Shown piece by piece: positions 23,824 to 31,365 of a stretch of DNA of 32,000 nucleotides (position 1 is its first letter; every line of letters starts with the position of its first letter). The DNA comes from Nitrososphaera viennensis EN76 (GTDB lineage Archaea > Thermoproteota > Nitrososphaeria > Nitrososphaerales > Nitrososphaeraceae), in contig NZ_CP007536.1 in assembly GCF_000698785.1 (NCBI RefSeq), forward strand, positions 510,001 through 542,000. Direction: 5' to 3'. The position numbers and the translations under genes were made by a program. The notes beneath the pieces were generated by a model. The model saw only the letters and a list, made by a program, of their open reading frames with translations. It was not told the DNA's origin and did no database searches.

Positions 23824-24671
23824 TGAAAAAGGTTATTGGGATGCCAGATTTTACCAATTCGATGAATCTTGGTAAAATCTTCGATGAGATTTCCAAGAAG
23901 ATGGTTGTCGATATAAATGAAACAAGAAAAGCGATTGACAAGCACCCGGGTTTGAGAGGAGAGTCTTTCGAGGAAGTAGTCCGTGAATTCCTTGAAAAAT
24001 ATCTACCAAAAGCCTTTGCAATCTCAAAGGGATTCATAGTTGATTCCGATGGCAAACAGTCGAAGCAATTAGATGTAATAATTTCAGATGCGATGAATAG
24101 TCCTATCTTTTATCAAAAGGGCGAAAACCGGGTATTGCCTGTTGAGTGTGTTTTTGCAGTAATAGAAGTCAAAGCACGATTAGATTCTGTCGAGCTTGAC
24201 AAGGCAGTTGATAATATGCTAAGCGTACGTAATTTAACCAAGAAAGCCTTTCGTACGGTGCCATCGTATCAGCCCCTCTTTCGTTCCATAGGTTTGTATG
24301 GAAAGGAAGATTGGATAGGCTACCCAATCAATTACTTCGTTTTTGCTTTTGATTCCATCGATTTGAAGCATCTAACAAAATTATTAGACAGGAAACATAA
24401 GGCGCATAAATTGCCCGAATGGTCACGAATAGATGGGATATATGTGTTAGGAAAAGGTATGGTGACCAATTATATCGAATATGAGTATGATGACAACCGT
24501 ATACCTCCATTGCACATAATCAGGACTTTGCCAGAGCCAAAATCAAAGGTCACATCAATAAAATCGCGGCGATCATTACTCCTGTTTTATCAGGATCTCA
24601 TGGACTGTCTTTCAATGGCAGAAGTGAAAAACTTCATTTTGCCTGACTATACTTACCGACTACGCTTCTGA
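23823..24671 (+). CDS. DUF6602-like PD-(D/E)xK nuclease-fold protein
   Basis: GLRGESFEEVVREFLEKYLP...GFIVDSDGKQSKQLDVIISD...PVECVFAVIEVKARL gives the D...E-x-K restriction-endonuclease-like core. Its ATG overlaps the transposase TGA (TGATG). The maximal ORF starts at a TTG at 23802. Confidence 0.7.
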   Translation: MKKVIGMPDFTNSMNLGKIFDEISKKMVVDINETRKAIDKHPGLRGESFEEVVREFLEKYLPKAFAISKGFIVDSDGKQSKQLDVIISDAMNSPIFYQKGENRVLPVECVFAVIEVKARLDSVELDKAVDNMLSVRNLTKKAFRTVPSYQPLFRSIGLYGKEDWIGYPINYFVFAFDSIDLKHLTKLLDRKHKAHKLPEWSRIDGIYVLGKGMVTNYIEYEYDDNRIPPLHIIRTLPEPKSKVTSIKSRRSLLLFYQDLMDCLSMAEVKNFILPDYTYRLRF

Positions 24672-24704
24672 AGGAATCAATAGGTAAATTTTCGGTAAAC
24701 CATA

Positions 24705-24788
24705 ACTCATCGCCCTACCTTCGACAAAATCGCCCGACTCTCGACAGCGAGGAAAATCGAAGGAATCGCCCTTGATCTCGACAGGACT
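24705..24788. repeat. right copy of the about 84-bp inverted repeat (partner at 20471-20554)
   Basis: See the left copy. The outer boundary at 24788 is abrupt. Flanking sequences are unrelated. Confidence 0.85.
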
Positions 24789-24909
24789 GGAGAGCAGTAT
24801 GCTTTTATATCTGCAAGTGGGAGTTACGCTTGACTTATAGCTGGCTTGTGCCGAGGCATTTTCTACAGCACAATACTTGGCATAGCCGGACGAAAAATGA
24901 GGCAAGAAC

Positions 24910-27015
24910 TTGGAAAAAAACGAAATAGAAGGATTTGAAGAAGAAAGGCAGACTCAGACCCAGCGCAGGCCCCGGCCGGAGCAGATGCAGAGGCGGCCCG
25001 CGCAAGATGTAGCTGCCGCCCACGTGACCAAGGTCACGACGGAAAGCGAGGACGCTGTCGCAAAGATAATACTGCAGTCGATACCGGCTGACTCGCAGGT
25101 AACAAACGTCAGGTTCGAGGGCCCCAACATTGCGCTGTACACGAAAAACCCCAAGTTTGCGCTCACCGAGTTGACCTACTACCTTTCTTCGCTTTCAAAG
25201 ACCCTGAAAAAGAGGTTCATAATACGCACGGACCCGTCGGTGCGCCTGCCAGAAGACGCCACGCGGCAGGCAGTGGTGAAGCTCCTGCCAAAGGACGTGC
25301 AGGTGTCGGCGGTGTTTTGCGACGACGCTACGGGCGAAGTGGTCCTTGAGGTAAGCAAGCCGGAGGCAATCGACCCGGCCATGATAGTAGAGATAGCCAA
25401 GTCCACGGGCTGGATTGCCCACACGAGGCGCTCGCCCCACATACCGTCTACCAGCATCAACACCATACATTCGACGCTCAAAAGTTCTGCAAAAGAACGC
25501 TCGGACTTTCTCCAAAAGCTCGGAAGGAGGCTGTTCCGGGGCTCACTAGTGGTCGGCAACGTGCCGGAGAACGGCGGCAACGGCAGGAGCGAGCAGGCGT
25601 CCGACGTCGTCTTGCCTCCAAGGCCCCAGTGGTCGCAGAACCGCGAAGAAGTGATGCTGTTCTGCCTCGGCGGGGTCAAGCAGGTGGGGCGCTCGTGCTT
25701 TATCGTAGTCACGCCGGAAAGCAAGGTCATGCTTGACTGCGGCATAAACCCCGGCGAGATGTCCGGCCTTGACGCATACCCGCGAATCGACTGGCTCAAC
25801 TTTAACCTTGACGAGCTTGACGCAGTAGTCATCAGCCACGCCCACATCGACCACCAGGGGTTCCTGCCGGCGCTCTTCAAGTACGGCTACCGCGGGCCGG
25901 TGTACTGCACCGAGCCGACGCTGCCGCTCATGACGCTCCTGCAGATGGACTCGGTCAAGATCGCAAACTCTAACGGCACGTACCTGCCGTACGAGGCAAG
26001 GGACGTCCACGAAGTCATAAAGCACACGATAACGCTCCCGTACGGCAAGCCGACAGACATTTCTCCAGACATCACGGTCACTTTGAACAACGCCGGCCAC
26101 ATCATGGGCAGCGCGACGGTGCACCTGAACATCTCTGGCGCGCACAACATACTCTACTCCGGCGACTACAAGTTTGCACGGACGCAGTTGCTTGACAGCG
26201 CGGTGGCGACGTACCCGAGGGTCGAGACATTGATCACGGAAAGCACGTACGGCAACTCGTCTGACATCATGCCCGACCAGGCATTCGTGTACAGGACGTT
26301 TTCAGAGTCGATAAACAAGGTGCTGTCGGAGGGAGGCAAGGTCCTCATACCGGTGCCGGCAGTCGGCAGGGCGCAGGAGATAATGCTGGTGATGGCAAAG
26401 GAGATGAGCGAAGGCAGGCTCGTCGAGTCGCCAATATACATCGAGGGCATGATATCCGAGGCAAGCGCGATACACATGTCGTACGCGCACTACCTTGGAG
26501 CAGACGTGCGCAGGTCTGTCTCGCAGGGCATAAACCCGTTCACGTCCGAATACTTCACGGTCATCAGCGGGGGCAAGCGCGAAGAGGCCATAAACGACCA
26601 GAACCCGGCGATAATCATGGCGACGTCCGGCATGCTCGAAGGCGGCCCGTCCGTCGAATATTTCAAGGAGCTTGCGCCAAGCCCCAAGAACAAGATAATC
26701 TTTGTCTCGTACCAGATAAACGGCACGCTTGGCCGGCGCGTCCTTGACGGCAACGTCTCTGAGGTCAGCATGATGGACAAGTCCGGGAAGGTCAAGGTCG
26801 TTCCAGTCAGGTGCCAGACGCAGAAAATCGACGGCTTTTCCGGCCACAGCGACTTTAACCAGATAATGAACTTTGTAGCCAAGATCAAGCCAAAGCGCGT
26901 TCTTGTGAACCACGGCGAGAGGACCAAGTCAGAAAACGTCGCAAGCGCGATATATTCGCGGCTAAAGATACGTTCCGGCGTCCCGGACAACCGCGAGATT
27001 GTCCGCCTGCGGTAA
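24910..27015 (+). CDS. archaeal CPSF1-type ribonuclease (two KH domains, metallo-beta-lactamase, beta-CASP); aCPSF1/FttA-like
   Basis: N-terminal KH-like region (NVRFEGPNIALYTKNP), the HAHIDHQG HxHxDH motif, and downstream beta-CASP blocks (ESTYG, GRAQE, SGHSD). TTG start; the exact start is uncertain. Confidence 0.93.
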   Translation: MEKNEIEGFEEERQTQTQRRPRPEQMQRRPAQDVAAAHVTKVTTESEDAVAKIILQSIPADSQVTNVRFEGPNIALYTKNPKFALTELTYYLSSLSKTLKKRFIIRTDPSVRLPEDATRQAVVKLLPKDVQVSAVFCDDATGEVVLEVSKPEAIDPAMIVEIAKSTGWIAHTRRSPHIPSTSINTIHSTLKSSAKERSDFLQKLGRRLFRGSLVVGNVPENGGNGRSEQASDVVLPPRPQWSQNREEVMLFCLGGVKQVGRSCFIVVTPESKVMLDCGINPGEMSGLDAYPRIDWLNFNLDELDAVVISHAHIDHQGFLPALFKYGYRGPVYCTEPTLPLMTLLQMDSVKIANSNGTYLPYEARDVHEVIKHTITLPYGKPTDISPDITVTLNNAGHIMGSATVHLNISGAHNILYSGDYKFARTQLLDSAVATYPRVETLITESTYGNSSDIMPDQAFVYRTFSESINKVLSEGGKVLIPVPAVGRAQEIMLVMAKEMSEGRLVESPIYIEGMISEASAIHMSYAHYLGADVRRSVSQGINPFTSEYFTVISGGKREEAINDQNPAIIMATSGMLEGGPSVEYFKELAPSPKNKIIFVSYQINGTLGRRVLDGNVSEVSMMDKSGKVKVVPVRCQTQKIDGFSGHSDFNQIMNFVAKIKPKRVLVNHGERTKSENVASAIYSRLKIRSGVPDNREIVRLR

Positions 27016-27076
27016 AAAATCCTCCACAGCGTTTTTTACCCCGTATATCCAATAGTGTGTGCGGGTAGAGACTCTG

Positions 27077-27217
27077 ATGGCTATTAGGTACAGGTGCGTC
27101 AACTGCAACATTGTTTTGTCAGGCGAGGGGGCCTCCAGGCACTACCTTGCAAACCCGACGCACAAGCTCGAAAAACTGCCGCCACCGCCAAAGCCGGTGA
27201 AAAGCCCCACTAGGTAA
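27077..27217 (+). CDS. candidate 46-aa C2H2 (U1/JAZ-like) zinc-finger protein (below ORF-track cutoff)
   Basis: Hand translation gives MAIRYRCVNCNIVLSGEGASRHYLANPTHKLEKLPPPPKPVKSPTR, with C-x2-C-x10-H-x6-H spacing. Confidence 0.45.
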   Translation: MAIRYRCVNCNIVLSGEGASRHYLANPTHKLEKLPPPPKPVKSPTR

Positions 27218-27288
27218 CATATTATTACTGCACGTCAGCCTCTGGAAATATCATAGAACGACTCGTCGGCGAGCTTTTATAACATGAC

Positions 27289-27894
27289 TTGCCTCGTAAT
27301 TCATTGACTGCAGCAGCAAGGCGTACGGAAGAAGAAAAAGAAGAGTTTTCCAGCGACGCGGTCGGGCAGGGATTTGATCCCAAAGAGGCCGCCGAGGCGG
27401 TAAAGGGAGTGGCAAAAAAGGTACGGGACACTTCTCAGACAGTCAGGAAAACCGCAAGCACTTTCCGCGAGAGCGGCGCGGTGGATGAGATGGCAGAGGC
27501 TGCTCGCGACGCGGCGTTTGCAGCGCGCGACACGACGCGCAGCATCAGAGACACCACAGAGGACATCCGGAAGAGCGGCGTTATTGAAGACACCGCCGGC
27601 GCCGTAGAGCAGACGGCATCGGCGGCATTTGAGACAGCCGAGATGGCCAGCCACGCGCCAAAGCGGTTTGCAAAGTCGGCTCCGAAAACAACGAGGGCGG
27701 CAAGACGGCGCGCCAAGGAAATCAAAAGGCAAGGCAGGGCGGCGGCGCGCCGTACAAAAAAGATAACCCGAAAAGAAGGCGCAAAGGTAGACCGGAATAT
27801 CCGCAAGGCAGGGCGGCGCGTCAAGTCGATATCAAAGGGCTTGAGGGCAAAAGCAAACGTCGCAAAAAGAAAGGGCAAGAACAGGAGAAAGTAA
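27289..27894 (+). CDS. hydrophilic repeat protein with strongly basic C-terminus
   Basis: 201 aa. Recurring RDT/RKT-containing helical repeats and a Lys/Arg-rich tail. A TTTTATAA box at 27275-27282 fits a leaderless start at the in-frame TTG at 27304 better than at 27289. Confidence 0.5.
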   Translation: MPRNSLTAAARRTEEEKEEFSSDAVGQGFDPKEAAEAVKGVAKKVRDTSQTVRKTASTFRESGAVDEMAEAARDAAFAARDTTRSIRDTTEDIRKSGVIEDTAGAVEQTASAAFETAEMASHAPKRFAKSAPKTTRAARRRAKEIKRQGRAAARRTKKITRKEGAKVDRNIRKAGRRVKSISKGLRAKANVAKRKGKNRRK

Positions 27895-28005
27895 GCGAGT
27901 TACACCCGTGTGTGTGCGCGCGGCCAGAACCTGCAACGGGACTGCCAAGCCCCCCACACATACATACCTACCTACCGTGCGATAGAATACAATAAACAGT
28001 TATTG

Positions 28006-28305
28006 TTATTCCCGGATGCTTTCCAGCGTCGACACTACCTGCCACAGCATGGTGCGTATGTGCGACTGCATCTGCGGGCTCTGGGTTGCGCTGTCAAGCA
28101 GGCTTATGGCGTTTGCCGCACGGACTGACACGCTTCCTGATTTTTCATCCTTGAGCGCCATCAGGACTTCCTTTATCATGTTGCGGATGCTCTTTTGCAC
28201 GTCGTTGTTTTTTGTAATCGTGTCAAGCGTCTCAACGGCGCGCGCAAGGCGCTCTTGGTTTTCTTTTTCCTTCTGTTCTTTCTTTGATGATGATGAAGAT
28301 GTCAT
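28006..28305 (-). CDS. UPF0147 family protein
   Basis: VRAANAISLLDSATQSPQMQSHIRTMLWQVVSTLESI closely follows the conserved core of the archaeal UPF0147 family. Confidence 0.8.
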   Translation of the reverse strand: MTSSSSSKKEQKEKENQERLARAVETLDTITKNNDVQKSIRNMIKEVLMALKDEKSGSVSVRAANAISLLDSATQSPQMQSHIRTMLWQVVSTLESIRE

Positions 28306-28373
28306 ATCCCGTTCCCACCAGTCGACGAGCGTTCAATAGCCTTGCGGTTGCTTTTGAATGTTTTTATCGTGTC

Positions 28374-28694
28374 TCAGTATTCAAGGGCTGCCGCCTGCTC
28401 GGCCTGCCTTGCAAGCTCCTCGACGTGCCTTGTGCCCTTGTCGGTCAGCGAAAACACCTGCGCGTCGCCGTCATCGATCCCGTCGGGCAGGCTTGACCTG
28501 ACGTAGCCCTTGGACATCAGGTCCTTGAGCGCCGCATGCAGGAGCATCTCAAAGTATCCCTTGTTGATGTTGTAGTCGTACTCGTGCTCGGCCTTTTGCG
28601 GGATGAGCCACATCCTTATCTGGCCAAGCGACGCGCCTTCAGAGCCCCGCGTCAGGTTTGACAGTATTGCTCTGGCGGCAGGCTCGATTTCCAT
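28374..28694 (-). CDS. small winged-helix-like DNA-binding protein (tentative)
   Basis: 106-aa ORF. LLHAALKDLMSKGYVRSS ... VFSLTDKGTRHVEEL resembles the recognition helix plus wing of a wHTH. A CATAAAT box lies about 23 nt upstream. Confidence 0.55.
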   Translation of the reverse strand: MEIEPAARAILSNLTRGSEGASLGQIRMWLIPQKAEHEYDYNINKGYFEMLLHAALKDLMSKGYVRSSLPDGIDDGDAQVFSLTDKGTRHVEELARQAEQAAALEY

Positions 28695-28772
28695 GCCAGC
28701 ATGTACGCGGCAATCTCATAAATGGCTTTTGCCGCACACGCATTTTTATACCGCAGGCGTGCTCTAGCACGC

Positions 28773-28973
28773 GTGGCGCAGGCAGCAGAAAAGCTACGGT
28801 GCAACATCTGTGACGTGACGGTCGACACGGCAGGGGCAAAGGAGCACTCTGCAAGCAGGGATCACGCGCTGAAAAAGCAAAAGCTGGAAGGCGACCTGAA
28901 GGAGATGAGGGCGTCTGGAAAATACGGCCACGACAGTTCCGTTGTCGTGCAGTGGGCCGCAAGCATACAATAA
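28773..28973 (+). CDS. C2H2 (U1/JAZ-like) zinc-finger protein
   Basis: RCNICDVTVDTAGAKEHSASRDHALKKQK has C-x2-C-x11-H-x5-H spacing. The GTG at 28773 lies about 26 nt downstream of a TTTTTATA box (28743-28750). The maximal ORF begins at the ATG at 28722. Confidence 0.55.
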   Translation: MAQAAEKLRCNICDVTVDTAGAKEHSASRDHALKKQKLEGDLKEMRASGKYGHDSSVVVQWAASIQ

Positions 28974-28979
28974 TGATGA

Positions 28980-29405
28980 TTATTTTACAATAAGGACCGA
29001 GCACCTGGCCCGGTGCAGGACTTTGTGCGACGTGCTACCAAGCACCATCTCCTTCAGCTTGCTGTGCCCCCTGCTGCCCATCGCTATCAGGTCAAAGCCG
29101 CCTTTTTCGCAAAATGCTACGATGCCTGCGGCAGGGTCGCCTTCCATGATCGCAGTGCCGATCTTGAACCCGAGCCCTTCTGCGATGGCCTTGCATTCGT
29201 CAAGCATCCTTGCAGACTCGCTCCGGTATTTTGCCATCGCGTCGTTGAGCACCTTCTGGGATTCTACGTACACGGTCGGCGGTTTTTCAATGACGTGGAA
29301 GGCAGTCACGCTCGCACCGGTCCCCTTGGCAATAGACACGGCCTGCTCGAGGGCTTTTTTTGAATATGTCGAGCCGTCAACCGGCACCAGGATCTTTGAA
29401 GGCAC
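28980..29405 (-). CDS. universal stress protein (UspA family)
   Basis: KILVPVDGS...A and the C-terminal GSRGHSKLKEMVLGSTSHKVLHRARCSVLIV ATP-binding motif. Confidence 0.9.
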   Translation of the reverse strand: MPSKILVPVDGSTYSKKALEQAVSIAKGTGASVTAFHVIEKPPTVYVESQKVLNDAMAKYRSESARMLDECKAIAEGLGFKIGTAIMEGDPAAGIVAFCEKGGFDLIAMGSRGHSKLKEMVLGSTSHKVLHRARCSVLIVK

Positions 29406-29436
29406 TATTTTTCATTTGGCGGCGCGCTATTTTACT

Positions 29437-30480
29437 CTAGTGGAGGGTCAGGTCCTGCGGGAGCATGAACTGGATGACGAGGCTGACGACGTACAGGACT
29501 GCAAGTATGATGCCGATCTTTAGGCCGATCTCTTTTTTGAACATCATGGCGACAGCCGCGAGGGTCATCACTGTTACAAGAATCATCTGGTATTCCAGGA
29601 GCGGATTTGCGTCGATGTGGGCAAAGAACCCGCCGTGGTACATGGCTCCAAACACCGCCACTGCAAGCAGGAGCGTGTTGTTCAGTATCTTTGACCCAAG
29701 CACGTTTGCGACGGCTATCGAAGCGCCTGCCGCGCCCTTTCTTGCAAGCAGTATCATTGAAATCTTTTCGGGCATCTCGCCTGCTATGGGGCTGATGATG
29801 ACTGCAAGCACGATGACTGACACCCCGCTGTCGAGGGAGAACCCCTGGAGCGAGTCTATGAACGGCTCTGCGCCGACGAATATGCCTGCGGTGCCGGCGG
29901 CAAACGCAAGGGCGGCCTTTGTCATCTGCCTGCCGCTCACGGCGTGCGTCTCTACCGCGACCACCTCGTGGCCCCCTGCAGACGCGTTCCCGTTCTTGAC
30001 CTTCCTTTTCTCGGCCTTCATCTCCCAGAGCGCCATCACGAGGTATGCGGCAAACATGCCGGCAAAGATGAATCCGTCGATATAGTCATAGCCGTCGAGA
30101 AAGAGCGCCGCGCTCACCACCGCAGTCGCAAGCAGGAATATCTTGTCCAGCTTGAACGTCGACACGTCTATGCCCTTGAGCGGCGCCTTTGACAGGCGCG
30201 TGGTTGCGACGATTAGCATGATTGCAAGGCCAAGCGTCATCATGAGCAGGTTGCTGCCAAGGCCGGCGCCGATTGCCGTGCCGTACGAGCCGGCCGCGGC
30301 CGCATAGACCACGATGGCTATCTCGGGGAGAGTGGTTGCGACGCTCAAGAGGGTGCGCCCGACAAACTTGGCCCCGTACCTCATGGAGAGGTGCTCTGCG
30401 CCGTACGACAGGACCCAGCTGGCAAGCGTGAGCTCGCCCAGCCACAGCAGCATCATGAGAAGGTTATTCTCTTCGGCCAA
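29437..30480 (-). CDS. Ca2+/cation antiporter (CaCA, YrbG-like) membrane protein
   Basis: 347 aa with about 10 hydrophobic helices. Two alpha-repeat-like segments: SVATTLPEIAIVV and IAGEMPEKISMILLARKG...NVLGSKILN. Confidence 0.8.
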   Translation of the reverse strand: MAEENNLLMMLLWLGELTLASWVLSYGAEHLSMRYGAKFVGRTLLSVATTLPEIAIVVYAAAAGSYGTAIGAGLGSNLLMMTLGLAIMLIVATTRLSKAPLKGIDVSTFKLDKIFLLATAVVSAALFLDGYDYIDGFIFAGMFAAYLVMALWEMKAEKRKVKNGNASAGGHEVVAVETHAVSGRQMTKAALAFAAGTAGIFVGAEPFIDSLQGFSLDSGVSVIVLAVIISPIAGEMPEKISMILLARKGAAGASIAVANVLGSKILNNTLLLAVAVFGAMYHGGFFAHIDANPLLEYQMILVTVMTLAAVAMMFKKEIGLKIGIILAVLYVVSLVIQFMLPQDLTLH

Positions 30481-30514
30481 CGAACAGTTTTCCTAATGAA
30501 AGACGCAATATAAA

Positions 30515-31363
30515 TTACAGAGCGGTTTTCGCCGTTGCAAAGGTAAAGACGTACGGCGTGTCGTGCGCCTGCTCGGCGGTCCAGTGCGTCGGAAGGGTCA
30601 CGACCTCGGCTACTTCCAGCCCATAGTCGCCTATCACCTTGCCCCACCCCCATTTTGAAAGGTCCCTTGCGTACTTGCGAAGCGAGTGGCTTCCCATGAA
30701 CGCAAATCCCGCCGCCTGTTTGAGCTCCGGCACGGCAAGTATCCTTGCAATCGCGCTGTTTGCAAGCATCTCGCCCATCTCTGGGAGGCCGGAGATAAAG
30801 AACACCGGCCGGACGAGGCCGAGCGAATGGTAGTCAAATTTCGTCGCGTCGGCGCCCCTTGCGCAGAATTCCACGCCAGTCGCGGAGGCGATCTGCTCCT
30901 GCAGCATCACGAGGTTTTCATCTATCTCTATCCCGTGAGCCCCAAGCCCGGCAATCTTGGCACAGTAGGCGATCCTGCCGTCGCCGGAGCCAATGTCCAC
31001 CACCTGCCCAAAGCCAAGCCTCCTTGAGGCAAGGGCAAGCGCGTACGCCGACAGTATCCACGTCGGGTAGAACGGCTGGTAGCCCGAGTCGTGCTTGATG
31101 CTTCCAAGCCAGTACTCGTTGATGTCGCCCTCGTACACCCTGCACGGGACGCCGAGGAATTGCGAGTCGTGCCACTTGTAGTATATCGGGTTGTTTCGTG
31201 CAAAATCATGAAGGGCGGCAAGCGCGCCTTGCTCAATAGGCAAGAATCCCGAGGTCTCAAGCGGTATCGCCTCGTGCATGGGGCTTGTGCCCTTGAAGTT
31301 CCTGGCAAAATCGGCCTTGAGCCTCACTATGCCTTCTGCAAGCGCGTCGTTGTTTGCCATCAT
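30515..31363 (-). CDS. class I SAM-dependent methyltransferase
   Basis: Motif I is VVDIGSGDGRIA, followed by an acidic loop HGIEID. The start is placed at ATGATG (31363). The upstream 61 codons of the maximal ORF overlap the zinc-ribbon gene and are Arg/Ala-rich. Confidence 0.8.
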   Translation of the reverse strand: MMANNDALAEGIVRLKADFARNFKGTSPMHEAIPLETSGFLPIEQGALAALHDFARNNPIYYKWHDSQFLGVPCRVYEGDINEYWLGSIKHDSGYQPFYPTWILSAYALALASRRLGFGQVVDIGSGDGRIAYCAKIAGLGAHGIEIDENLVMLQEQIASATGVEFCARGADATKFDYHSLGLVRPVFFISGLPEMGEMLANSAIARILAVPELKQAAGFAFMGSHSLRKYARDLSKWGWGKVIGDYGLEVAEVVTLPTHWTAEQAHDTPYVFTFATAKTAL

Positions 31364-31365
31364 GA

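Larger units (their letters stand above)
20471..24788. mobile_element. candidate 4.3-kb inverted-repeat-bounded element carrying transposase, nuclease, regulator and membrane-protein genes
   Basis: The element is bounded by the 84-bp inverted repeats. It is AT-richer than the flanks and its terminal genes read outward from a central divergent promoter. No target-site duplication was found, so mobility is unproven. Confidence 0.4.

Noticed and set aside
20461-24800. Target-site duplication flanking the 84-bp inverted repeats
   Set aside because: The bases immediately outside (left ...GTCTAGAAAG, right GGAGAGCAGT...) share no direct repeat of 3 nt or more at the junctions. Recent transposition is therefore unproven.
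25179-26990. Several 100-230-aa minus-strand ORFs within the aCPSF1 gene
   Set aside because: They are antisense to a gene with HxHxDH and beta-CASP motifs. They are low-complexity and biased in composition.
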